40,088 nucleotides of DNA, taken from IMG/VR virus record IMGVR_UViG_3300038393_000587, positions 1 to 40,088 of that record. One strand, written 5' to 3'. Made by a program: the position numbers and the translations under genes. Of this stretch, positions 17,226 through 25,969 are shown one piece after another. The number at the start of each line of letters is the position of its first letter. Position 1 is the first letter of the stretch. Origin of the DNA: a virus (Duplodnaviria; Caudoviricetes). The notes below the pieces were generated by a model. It ran no database searches and was not told the DNA's origin. It was given only the letters and a program-made list of their open reading frames with translations.

Positions 17226-19286
17226 CTATCCCTTCCTATATCTGTAACTTTCGAAACCCGCAGCCGCTAACGGGAGTCCCTTACACCATGCTGGAACGGT
17301 TGACATTATACTCGATAACTGTGTCGCTGTAAAGAGTTCCGTATCTGGACACTGTGTAATGTCTTCGTCGTGTACCGACAAGAGTAACTCAAACCCGGCA
17401 TCCTCAATGGCTGGCATGCTGTAGTACATAACGTCCCTTGCAAATGCCTGTGTTACGTTCTCCGCAAGCTTCCCACCATAGGTCTTTATACGTGACCACT
17501 TACGGGTGTACTGGTTCATGCCCATATAGGAAATTTCGCCTTCGTCGCTTATTTTAGGGAACGGGTAGCACAAAGCGCGGCCGGAAGGTAGCACGATCCG
17601 CAACCAGGCACCGTCACGCCGCACCCGCAGCTTGCGGCATTCGAAAGTATTGCCCCGGTTGTTGATCGCTTGCCGGACGGCGGCTTCCAGTTCGCCCCAA
17701 AAAGACGCCGTGCGGGGGTGCGCGGCGCGCCACAGGCGTTTGAAAACATCGCACACAAGGAAAGCCCTATCCGACAACCCGAAGCGCGACATGCGCTTCT
17801 TATTCACCCATTCCAGGAACCCTTCGGCTTCGTGAACCTGCTCGCCCGGTAGGTAATCCCAAGCGTTCTCTGCCATCTCTTCGATGTCAAACCCGTAGGT
17901 AGCTGCCCCGGTAATGAACGCGCCCACACCGCCACCGAAACCCAGCATGAGTTCCATGACCTTGCCGATTTGCCGCTGGTCGTGTACCACACTTTCAGGC
18001 GATACGCGGAACGCCTTCGCATATGCCAGCTTATACAGGTCATGGCCGATCCCGGCGTCGAAATCGCGGAACGCCTGTAGCTTCCACTTTTCTTCCGCCA
18101 GCCAGGCGAGCCCCCGGCCTTCGATGTTGGACAAGTCCGCCACTGCCAGTTTCTTACCCGGGGGCGCGATGATGCAACCGCGGATAGTGGAACTGGTCAG
18201 TTTCATTACATTGGGGAAAATCAGATCCGCACAGCCGGCTTTCAACGCATCGATACCTACTTCTATTTCCTTTTTCGGTAGCAGTCCCCTGGACGGTAGG
18301 TTTTGCGGTTGGAAGGTGCGGCCAGCGGCTCGCCCTGTACGGGACGCCCCGCAGAATTGAATGGTGCCCCGTAGCCGGTCGTCATCGTTGACCGCGTTTA
18401 TGAGGGCTTTGTATTTCGTGGTACTGGAAGCCGACGCCTGCAGGCGGATAAGCAGGAGTTCTTGTAACTCGCGTGGCAAGTCGGGATCCTGTACCCGCCG
18501 TTCCAGTGTGTCTTTGGTAAGGTCGGGCAGGTCTATCCCGTATTCTTGCAGGATGTGTTCGAGGAGTACGTCCCTTTGGGTGGTTGACTCTACGGCGCCG
18601 TCGGTGTTGTCTCGGGTTTGCTTTCTGAGTTCGATTTGCTCGCGGTCAACCGCTTCGATTGCCGCTCGGGCGAGGTTTGTATCAACGAGGAACCCCCGAT
18701 CGTTGATACGCTGATCGAGGTGCCATAAGCTAAGTTCATCCCCTGAATAGTTCCATCGGGGTATCTTATTTCCAATTTCACGCATCGCGGAAATATCGGC
18801 TCTTGCGTATTCAATGAACCGCTGCCATTCTTCGGGGTGCGTTTCACGGGTTGCTCTCCTTATCTTTGAAGTTTTTGGTCGGGGTTTGCAGAATAACTGG
18901 ATGAGTGCCTTGCCCTCTTTGTGCTTCGCGGCATCGGCTCCTACCTTGAAAATATCGCACAGCGCGTCGAGGCTTCCGGGTAGGGAGTGGGCAAGGGCTT
19001 GTACCATTGTGCAGCGCCACCTTTCGACCGGTATGTCGATCCCAAGCGCGTACTTCAGTACGTTGCGATCGAACATCGCATTGTGTGCGGTTATTAGCTG
19101 GTCGGGGTCTTCGATCTGTTCGTATAGGTCCGCCCATCCGTAGTTCGGATCGGTGAAATCGACGTGGTTCACCGGGCCGTCGTCCACCGCCCAGGTGGCG
19201 ATCATTGCCTCGCAGGTGGAAGCGTACCGATACGTTCCGTGCTTGATCGGGGTTTCGCTGTACGTTTCGAAATCGAGCCACAGCAT
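17226..19286 (-). CDS. Family A DNA polymerase with 3'-5' exonuclease (APSE/SPO2-like)
   Basis: ExoI LDFET, ExoII HNAMFD, ExoIII YARAD, motif A DLSNIEGR, motif B RQIGKVMELMLGFG, motif C VHDE. Confidence 0.95.
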   Translation of the reverse strand: MLWLDFETYSETPIKHGTYRYASTCEAMIATWAVDDGPVNHVDFTDPNYGWADLYEQIEDPDQLITAHNAMFDRNVLKYALGIDIPVERWRCTMVQALAHSLPGSLDALCDIFKVGADAAKHKEGKALIQLFCKPRPKTSKIRRATRETHPEEWQRFIEYARADISAMREIGNKIPRWNYSGDELSLWHLDQRINDRGFLVDTNLARAAIEAVDREQIELRKQTRDNTDGAVESTTQRDVLLEHILQEYGIDLPDLTKDTLERRVQDPDLPRELQELLLIRLQASASSTTKYKALINAVNDDDRLRGTIQFCGASRTGRAAGRTFQPQNLPSRGLLPKKEIEVGIDALKAGCADLIFPNVMKLTSSTIRGCIIAPPGKKLAVADLSNIEGRGLAWLAEEKWKLQAFRDFDAGIGHDLYKLAYAKAFRVSPESVVHDQRQIGKVMELMLGFGGGVGAFITGAATYGFDIEEMAENAWDYLPGEQVHEAEGFLEWVNKKRMSRFGLSDRAFLVCDVFKRLWRAAHPRTASFWGELEAAVRQAINNRGNTFECRKLRVRRDGAWLRIVLPSGRALCYPFPKISDEGEISYMGMNQYTRKWSRIKTYGGKLAENVTQAFARDVMYYSMPAIEDAGFELLLSVHDEDITQCPDTELFTATQLSSIMSTVPAWCKGLPLAAAGFESYRYRKG

Positions 19287-20212
19287 CAGATCATGTCCGC
19301 GAAAAGTTTATAGATACGTTCTTCCTGAAGCGGGCCGTACGCCGGGTTGAGTTCGCAGCCGATGTACCGGCGTCCGTGGGTAAGGGCTACCATTGCGGTG
19401 GTACCGGAACCCATGAACGGATCCAATACCGTGCCTTCAGGCGGGCTGCCAGCAAGTACGCAAGGGGTTATCAAGTCCGGCGGGAACGTGGCGAAGTGGG
19501 CGCCCTTGTACGGCTTCGTGGATACGTTCCATACGCTGCGGCGGTTACGCATACCGTCGGCGGTATCGCGTTCTTCTCCGTTACCCTGCTTTCCTCTCGG
19601 GTCCAACTCGTTCGCACCCCTTGCCCCGTATGGCCTTCGCGTGTCATTCGTTACAGCCGGTTCCTTAATCGCTTCGTGGTCGAAGTAATACCGTTCGCTC
19701 TTGCTCAACAGGAATATGTACTCATGCGATTTCGTGCAGCGGTCGGTAACTGATTCCGGCATGGGGTTAGGCTTGTGCCAAATAATGTCTTGCCGGAGAT
19801 ACCATCCGTCGGCCTGTAGCGCAAAGGCTACGCGCCAGGGGATTCCGATTAGGTCTTTGGGTTTGAGTCCTGCCACGGTGGGGCGCGTATTGTCGCTACC
19901 GTTGGCACTGGCGCGGTTCGTCCCTTGTTTGACCCCCTGGCGGGTGCCGTGCCCCTCTCTACCCGCGGCGTTGTAACTATCCCCTAAATTAAGCCAGAGT
20001 ACGCCGCTGTCATGCAGCAATTCCCGCACCAGCCGGAATACTTCTACCAGCTTCGTCACGTACTCGTCGGGGGTTTGTTCGAGTCCTATCTGTCCTTCGT
20101 GGCCGTAGTCCCTTAAGCCAAAATAGGGCGGGCTGGTGACGCAGGTATGGACGATCTTTTCCGGTAGGGCTTGAAGGGATTGTATGCAGTCACCGAAGAA
20201 TATTTTATTCAT
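19286..20212 (-). CDS. DNA amino-methyltransferase, beta class (SPPY; m4C likely), copy 1
   Basis: TSPPY precedes DPFMGSGT; HFATFP. Confidence 0.93.
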   Translation of the reverse strand: MNKIFFGDCIQSLQALPEKIVHTCVTSPPYFGLRDYGHEGQIGLEQTPDEYVTKLVEVFRLVRELLHDSGVLWLNLGDSYNAAGREGHGTRQGVKQGTNRASANGSDNTRPTVAGLKPKDLIGIPWRVAFALQADGWYLRQDIIWHKPNPMPESVTDRCTKSHEYIFLLSKSERYYFDHEAIKEPAVTNDTRRPYGARGANELDPRGKQGNGEERDTADGMRNRRSVWNVSTKPYKGAHFATFPPDLITPCVLAGSPPEGTVLDPFMGSGTTAMVALTHGRRYIGCELNPAYGPLQEERIYKLFADMI

Positions 20213-20799
20213 ATCATGTCCGCGAAAAGTTTATAGATACGTTCTTCCTGAAGCGGGCCGTACGCCGGGTTGAGTTCGCAGCCGATGTACCGGCGTCCGT
20301 GGGTAAGTGCGACCATTGCCGTGGTACCGGAACCCATGAACGGATCCAATACCGTGCCTTCAGGCGGGCTGCCAGCAAGTACGCAAGGGGTTATCAAGTC
20401 CGGCGGGAACGTGGCGAAGTGGGCGCCCTTGTACGGCTTCGTGGATACGTTCCATACGCTGCGGCGGTTACGCATACCGTCGGCGGTATCGCGTTCTTCT
20501 CCGTTACCCTGCTTTCCTCTCGGGTCCAACTCGTTCGCACCCCTTGCCCCGTATGGCCTTCGCGTGTCATTCGTTACAGCCGGTTCCTTAATCGCTTCGT
20601 GGTCGAAGTAATACCGTTCGCTCTTGCTCAACAGGAATATGTACTCATGCGATTTCGTGCAGCGGTCGGTAACTGATTCCGGCATGGGGTTAGGCTTGTG
20701 CCAAATAATGTCTTGCCGGAGATACCATCCGTCGGCCTGTAGCGCAAAGGCTACGCGCCAGGGGATTCCGATTAGGTCTTTGGGTTTGAGTCCTGCCAC
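19290..20799. repeat. 587-bp direct repeat shared by the two SPPY methyltransferase genes
   Basis: 19290-19876 matches 20213-20799 with three synonymous differences seen; 20117-20226 also matches 21052-21161 with two differences seen. Confidence 0.9.
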
Positions 20800-21147
20800 A
20801 GGGCGCTTTTTGAACGCGCCGAATAACGCCGCTCCGTCAGCATCCTTCCTGCTCTTTTCGTTTTTGATGGCAGACATCCCGCCTCGATTATTACTGGCTC
20901 CTCCGGCGTAACTATCCCCAAGGTTCAGCCATAGCGTGCCGTCATCCCGAAGCACTCGCCGCACTTCGCGGAATACTCCTACCAGCTTCGCCACGTACTC
21001 GTCCGGGGTTTGTTCGAGGCCTATTTGCCCATCTACTTGATAATCACGGAGGCCAAAATAGGGCGGGCTGGTGACGCAGGTATGGACGATCTTTTCGGGT
21101 AGTGCTTGAAGGGATTGTATGCAGTCACCGAAGAATATTTTATTCAT
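20209..21147 (-). CDS. DNA amino-methyltransferase, beta class (SPPY; m4C likely), copy 2
   Basis: Start revised to MNKIFFGDC (ATGA overlap); same motifs as copy 1. Confidence 0.93.
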   Translation of the reverse strand: MNKIFFGDCIQSLQALPEKIVHTCVTSPPYFGLRDYQVDGQIGLEQTPDEYVAKLVGVFREVRRVLRDDGTLWLNLGDSYAGGASNNRGGMSAIKNEKSRKDADGAALFGAFKKRPVAGLKPKDLIGIPWRVAFALQADGWYLRQDIIWHKPNPMPESVTDRCTKSHEYIFLLSKSERYYFDHEAIKEPAVTNDTRRPYGARGANELDPRGKQGNGEERDTADGMRNRRSVWNVSTKPYKGAHFATFPPDLITPCVLAGSPPEGTVLDPFMGSGTTAMVALTHGRRYIGCELNPAYGPLQEERIYKLFADMI

Positions 21148-22415
21148 ATCATGTCCGCGAACAGGGATACGCAAGCCGCTTCTATGCGGGCCTTGGCGAT
21201 GGTGTGGTACGACTCGTCCATCTCGATACCTACGAATTTGAAGCCCTCGAGCACGGCCGCCTTGCCGGTGCTACCCGAACCCATGAACGGATCGAGAACA
21301 GTACCGCCCGGAGGTGTGACAAGCCGGCAAAGGTAGCGCATAAGGTCGGTGGGCTTGACTGTGGGGTGTGTATTCTGCCGTTCGGTCTTGCCCCGCTGGT
21401 ACGCATTGTCGGCGGCTACGGCTCGCCCGTCGCTGGTGGTGGTGGGGGTGAATCCGCCCAGTCCTTCGTTCCGGTCTTTCTTGCTGGTTTTGGCGCAATA
21501 GAAGAAACGGGCTGCGCTTCCGGTATCACCACCTTGGCAACCCGCCACGGCTTGTTCTACCTCTTCGCCGGACCATATCCCCGCTGTTTTACGTTTACTA
21601 AAAACCCCGCTCTTAGTCTCAGGAAACAAAGCCAGAACCTCGTCGCTCCCGTCGTGGATAAGGTTCGCGGGCCAGCGGCCTTCTGACAGCGTTGCCGGCC
21701 TCGCCGAGTTGCCAACTCCGAACATGGAAGCCGCTCCGCCGTTCTCGCCTGTCGCTCCGCGTTTATTCGGGTCGTTCGCGTCAACTCCTACCCGACACCC
21801 GTCAATATTCAACGCCCCGGTACCGAATTCCAGTACGTTAGCCGCGACTGTCAAGCCCTCGGCCAGCGGTTTACGGGCTACGCATATCGGCTCGTGGGCG
21901 GGCTTGAGTGCGGTTCCCCATCCTTGCCATTGTTTCGCGGCTGGGGTTGCGGGGGCTGTATTGTACCGTCCGGCCTTCTCGCTCTTGAAACCGTCACCCT
22001 CTCCGAACCCTATATTAAAATGATGTTCTTTCCCGTTAGGTAAGAGTTTAGCGGTTGTTATTTCCCGTTCCGCTCCCGCCGCCTTGTCAATAGCCTTACT
22101 AACATCCAGACTTTTCGGGAATCCTGAGCCGTATACCCAAAGGATTTGATCCCGAACCTCGAACCCCGCGTCCTCAATCGCGCACGTCATGCGATGGTAC
22201 GTACGGCTACCAGAGAAGGCCAAGAGATGCCCGCCTGGTTTCAGTACCCTCAAGACTTCCTGCCACATGGCAACGCTATAGGCTATGCCTGATGCGTCCC
22301 AGGACTTGCCCATGAAGCCCAGTTCATAGGGCGGGTCGCAGACTACGGAATCAATACTGTTCTCGGGGATGTTGCGGAGTTCGTGCAGGCAGTTACCTAA
22401 ATGAAGTGTATACAT
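21144..22415 (-). CDS. DNA amino-methyltransferase, beta class (DPPY; m6A likely)
   Basis: CDPPY, YGSGFPKS, LKPAHEP, HPTVKP, DPFMGSGST. Confidence 0.93.
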   Translation of the reverse strand: MYTLHLGNCLHELRNIPENSIDSVVCDPPYELGFMGKSWDASGIAYSVAMWQEVLRVLKPGGHLLAFSGSRTYHRMTCAIEDAGFEVRDQILWVYGSGFPKSLDVSKAIDKAAGAEREITTAKLLPNGKEHHFNIGFGEGDGFKSEKAGRYNTAPATPAAKQWQGWGTALKPAHEPICVARKPLAEGLTVAANVLEFGTGALNIDGCRVGVDANDPNKRGATGENGGAASMFGVGNSARPATLSEGRWPANLIHDGSDEVLALFPETKSGVFSKRKTAGIWSGEEVEQAVAGCQGGDTGSAARFFYCAKTSKKDRNEGLGGFTPTTTSDGRAVAADNAYQRGKTERQNTHPTVKPTDLMRYLCRLVTPPGGTVLDPFMGSGSTGKAAVLEGFKFVGIEMDESYHTIAKARIEAACVSLFADMI

Positions 22416-22484
22416 AAGTTCCTGTTTTGCGTAACCGTTTACGTTCTACAAACCCATTCCCCAAATTGCCCGTATATGAATTAC

Positions 22485-22786
22485 TGCCGGACTGGTTTGC
22501 GCACCGCTGCCCCTTGCAATAACCGCGCGGGAGGGGACAGCATAGCGATAAGGGGCGATCATGCGGGAGGTAAGCCCCGCAGTGAAACAGTAGGAAATCC
22601 GGCAAACCGCTAGAATTCGGGTGAAGAATGCGGGTAACTGGACTCTTCGCTTGCCAGCCCTCAATCGATTACCGTTTTATCGGTATACCCGCACTCTTCG
22701 GGAGGGGTTCTGCTTTCCTCTGCACCGGGTACCCTGGGCGGGGAGGATGCCCACCTTTCCCCGAAACACACAGAACCCCTTCCGAA
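22485..22786 (-). ncRNA. Putative structured non-coding RNA / leader with three adjacent branched domains
   Basis: Closing stems 22485-22491/22598-22604, 22624-22636/22686-22698, 22697-22712/22771-22786, each with internal hairpins; no convincing ORF; strand uncertain. Confidence 0.5.
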
Positions 22787-22808
22787 AAGTCCGCCCCGAA
22801 GGGCGGAC
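22785..22808 (-). terminator. Intrinsic terminator after SSB gene
   Basis: GTCCGCCC-TTCG-GGGCGGAC followed by TTTT on the minus strand; a T-run also lies a few bases downstream on the plus strand. Confidence 0.7.
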
Positions 22809-22827
22809 AAAGTTTTTTATTTCTAGT

Positions 22828-23394
22828 TTAGATCATATCCGCGGTGCCGAACTCGTCGGCGTCCGCGCCTTCGCTCAAATCTTCGAAGTCGTCAGGATTG
22901 GCACGGCTGCCGGCGAATGCGTCGCCGTCCTTGAAGAACTGAACCGCGAGCAGGGAAGCGCGGATGCCGGGGAACTTGCCGCCTTGCACGTAAATATCGA
23001 CTGAACCATTCACGTAGCAGCCTGCGTACGGCTTGCCGCTGTTAGCTTCCAGGGGTTGTTTGTTACGGTCAACCACCAGCGGGGCACCTTGCTTCTCGCC
23101 GCGGTGCGCGGACAGGTACATCATATCCGCGAAACCGTCGTAGTCCTTGGCGTTCCCATCCAGGTAACAGAACTTTGAACTGTTCCCTTCGTAGGTCTTT
23201 AGCATTGCGGGTGCCTTGGCGGCGTACGCTGCCGTCGCTTCGGTTTTGATCGCTTCGCGGATCGCCTTGTCGTTCGCACTGCCGGGTTCCACCAGGAAGG
23301 TGGCGCCGTAACGTGCGTTGTCGCTTCCTTCAAACTTTTTCGCTTCCCACAGGTCGGGAAACGCCAGTCTTACACCTTTAAGTACCACCTTCAT
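22828..23394 (-). CDS. Phage ssDNA-binding protein (DUF2815 / T7 gp2.5-like)
   Basis: Start revised to MKVVLKGVRLAFP (RBS AAGGAG); YAGCYVN, AVQFFKDGDAF; acidic tail. Confidence 0.88.
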   Translation of the reverse strand: MKVVLKGVRLAFPDLWEAKKFEGSDNARYGATFLVEPGSANDKAIREAIKTEATAAYAAKAPAMLKTYEGNSSKFCYLDGNAKDYDGFADMMYLSAHRGEKQGAPLVVDRNKQPLEANSGKPYAGCYVNGSVDIYVQGGKFPGIRASLLAVQFFKDGDAFAGSRANPDDFEDLSEGADADEFGTADMI

Positions 23395-23428
23395 GTTTGA
23401 ACTCCTTATAATGTAACCAACAACGGTT

Positions 23429-23457
23429 AATGTATCACTAGATACTGTCCCTGTCAA
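23429..23457 (-). promoter_or_regulatory. Leftward sigma70 promoter for SSB
   Basis: TTGACA-gggacagtatctagtga(17)-TACATT. Confidence 0.75.
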
Positions 23458-23460
23458 GGG

Positions 23461-24774
23461 TTATATCATGTCTGAAAACTCCGGTTCCTGTGTTAAATCC
23501 TCGAATGCGTCCGCAACAGGCGTTACCACAAGCGCGGGGCGTTTGTCGGACTCGGGGGCGACGCTGGGCGATCCTTCCGCCTGTGTGATGTAAGCGGACA
23601 GCTTCGGCCATTGGCGAGGGCCGATAACCGCTGCCTTCGCCAGTTTCTCGGCCGATGTGGGGCTTATCAGCTTCAGGTCGTACATTTCTCCGACCTTCAG
23701 TTTAAAGCCTTTCAGCATGGCTTCCGCCTCTTCCTTGCTCGTCCATTGCCGGTTCCCTTTCTTGCCCTGGACGAGCTTGTAACCAGGCACCGCACGACCG
23801 GCGAACAGTTCGGCTTCCACCTTTGCGCGGACGGCTTTGCACCAGTCTTCAATCAGTGCTATGGCGTCCATCTTTTCACCCAATTGTTCCGGGGTAAGTG
23901 CGCGCACCATGTCCGAACCGATAGCCTGCGTGTAGTTTTTCGCGTCCATGTTTTCGAAATCCTCACCGATCGAATCCGTAACGAACTTCGACAGGGCAGG
24001 ACAAGTAGCCCGCGCCTTGCAGTAGTTGTTCCGGCAATGGTCGCCGGGGTTCAGGAATGCGGTAATTTCACACCCCTGATCGTAAAGTGCCTTCGCCTTT
24101 TGCGCTTCGTCTGCGGCCGCCCGAACTTCCATTCCGAACGCCTGTAATTCATCAATTGTGCATGACCACTCGGGATAGTGCCCTATGCGCGGTTGGATAA
24201 TTACGGTTCGAACGGTTTGGAAATCGCCGTACATCTCGAATTCTTTCAGGGCGGCGAGGGCGTAAATTTTCAATTGCTTATTGTTGTCGCCGTCCACTTC
24301 CCGCATACCGTACTTGAGATCCGCGACAATAATTTCGCTTCCCTCGATGTCCAGTATCACGGTATCGCCCGTACCCGCCGCGTCTTCCTCGCCGGTAAGA
24401 TGGCTGATACTCATACGCTGTTCCACCATGAGCATTTTGCCGGTGGCGTACTCCCGCACCTTGTCAAGATATGTTTGCACGTGTCCGGCCATCTCGTCAT
24501 CGATGGTGAACACGTTGCCCATCTTCACCCCCGGGTACTTGTGCGCGCAGAATTTCCAGTCTGCTTTGCCGTTGAAAATGGCGATACTCTGTGTACGGAA
24601 GTCGGCGGCGTTCTTGCCTTGTTCCAGACATAATGCCGCCAGGAAGTGGGCCGCGGTTCCCTCGTCGCTGTAATCGTTCGACGAGTCGGGTTCGAGGGCT
24701 TCCAGTGCCATGGAACCGGGGCAGGTCGCCCATTTTTCCGCCCCGGAGGGCGAGAGTCGTGCGTGTTCAGCCAT
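23461..24774 (-). CDS. DUF2800 Cas4-like PD-(D/E)xK exonuclease
   Basis: HARLSPS..W..CPGS, EGTAAH, GTGD, DLKYG, QLKIYALAA, HC...CKA...CP. Confidence 0.88.
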   Translation of the reverse strand: MAEHARLSPSGAEKWATCPGSMALEALEPDSSNDYSDEGTAAHFLAALCLEQGKNAADFRTQSIAIFNGKADWKFCAHKYPGVKMGNVFTIDDEMAGHVQTYLDKVREYATGKMLMVEQRMSISHLTGEEDAAGTGDTVILDIEGSEIIVADLKYGMREVDGDNNKQLKIYALAALKEFEMYGDFQTVRTVIIQPRIGHYPEWSCTIDELQAFGMEVRAAADEAQKAKALYDQGCEITAFLNPGDHCRNNYCKARATCPALSKFVTDSIGEDFENMDAKNYTQAIGSDMVRALTPEQLGEKMDAIALIEDWCKAVRAKVEAELFAGRAVPGYKLVQGKKGNRQWTSKEEAEAMLKGFKLKVGEMYDLKLISPTSAEKLAKAAVIGPRQWPKLSAYITQAEGSPSVAPESDKRPALVVTPVADAFEDLTQEPEFSDMI

Positions 24775-25147
24775 AGTTTACGGCTCCTTTCATCTCTTGG
24801 TTGTTGCCGGAAAGTGGTACGGTCCGGATTACGATACTGTTCTTCCGAGACCTACGCACCTGATTACGTCCCCATGTTATGGAGTCGGCGAACAGAATAT
24901 CCTCTTGCCGCACCCGGCGAGCAATCTCTCGCGCCCCTTGGTGCGGCATGTACTTGCTTCGGCTCGCCTGTTTGCTCTTGTTGCTGAAATGCGAGCCGAT
25001 GAACGGTTTGTTTCTGCCCTTGCCGCGGGATTGGTAGGCGGACAGGCCGGACAACCTGAAAGCATTCTCCGCCGTAGCCTTGTCCAGTAACATGTGGTTG
25101 CACAATGCGTACATGCCCATAAGGCGCGAAAAAGCCTGTCCCATCAT
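24767..25147 (-). CDS. Basic hypothetical protein
   Basis: Start revised to 25147 (ATGA overlap); YQSRGKGR, SKYMPHQGAREIARR. Confidence 0.55.
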   Translation of the reverse strand: MMGQAFSRLMGMYALCNHMLLDKATAENAFRLSGLSAYQSRGKGRNKPFIGSHFSNKSKQASRSKYMPHQGAREIARRVRQEDILFADSITWGRNQVRRSRKNSIVIRTVPLSGNNQEMKGAVNYG

Positions 25148-25572
25148 GCCGCCGCCTTGATGTCTTCGAACACAGCCACAAGCTTGTCGGCCGGAACCAA
25201 GGACAATTTGGTTACGTTCCACTTCTTCAGGATCGCGGCACCGGCGTCGCGGCCCTTGTCTACGCACAACTTACTGAAGACCGGCACGACATCTTTCATC
25301 AAATCCACGGCAATAGGCTCTTGAACAACGGGCGCCGGATCCGATTGGGGCTCGGCACCACTCAGGGACGAAACAGGGTTCTCCGCTGGGGCAGGTGTGG
25401 GCTTTTTTGCTTCGGGTTGCTCTCCCGCGGCTGCGCGCTTCTCGCTTTCTTGCACCGCTTCCAGGGCGATTCCTAACATTGCTTCTTTGGCGGTTACCAG
25501 GTCGGCGGTCATTACCGCGATTAAGTCACGGATTGCTGCGGTGTTCGCTTCGATCGCTTGTTCAAGTGACAT
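25144..25572 (-). CDS. Conserved hypothetical protein typically found upstream of DUF2800
   Basis: MSLEQAIEANTAAI N-terminus, Pro/Ala linker, small helical C-terminal domain; RBS AAGGAG. Confidence 0.7.
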   Translation of the reverse strand: MSLEQAIEANTAAIRDLIAVMTADLVTAKEAMLGIALEAVQESEKRAAAGEQPEAKKPTPAPAENPVSSLSGAEPQSDPAPVVQEPIAVDLMKDVVPVFSKLCVDKGRDAGAAILKKWNVTKLSLVPADKLVAVFEDIKAAA

Positions 25573-25575
25573 AGT

Positions 25576-25803
25576 TTATTGCTCCTTTTTGGTTGGTTTA
25601 GCTTTTTCGATGTAATCCAGGTGTTTGCGTATGTACCGCATGAACAAGATTGCTTTATCTTCATTCAGGAAAGTTCCGTTTCCGGTGTCGTCTATGGGTA
25701 CGGGAAATTTAAAACCATCCTCGGTTTCGTACCATAGTTCTTTCTCCCGGTAAAATATAAACCTCACCTTCTTACCGGCCACCATGTCTTTTATGCTTAC
25801 CAT
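25576..25803 (-). CDS. Hypothetical protein
   Basis: MVSIKDMV...ELWYET...FPVPIDDTG; RBS GAGG. Confidence 0.6.
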   Translation of the reverse strand: MVSIKDMVAGKKVRFIFYREKELWYETEDGFKFPVPIDDTGNGTFLNEDKAILFMRYIRKHLDYIEKAKPTKKEQ

Positions 25804-25825
25804 TTTTACTGTTCCTCGGTTGTGG

Positions 25826-25966
25826 TTAAGTGTTCCATTCATCGATAACGTTTTTGATACCTTTTACCGCCTTGAAGCACACCCAGGCCGCGAGCAGTAG
25901 CACGGCCATGAATGTCGCCCCTTCGGCCAGTAACCATACCCAATCGCGGGTAGTCATGTCGGTCAT
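25826..25966 (-). CDS. Small membrane protein (46 aa)
   Basis: Read by hand: MTDMTTRDWVWLLAEGATFMAVLLLAAWVCF... Confidence 0.45.
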   Translation of the reverse strand: MTDMTTRDWVWLLAEGATFMAVLLLAAWVCFKAVKGIKNVIDEWNT

Positions 25967-25969
25967 GGT

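Noticed and set aside
22393-23004. Short ORFs over the structured intergenic region
   Set aside because: No RBS or coupling, atypical composition, mutually overlapping on both strands.
23461-24774. Cas4-like protein as evidence of CRISPR-Cas
   Set aside because: No repeat-spacer array or other cas genes seen; DUF2800 is a standard part of this replication module.
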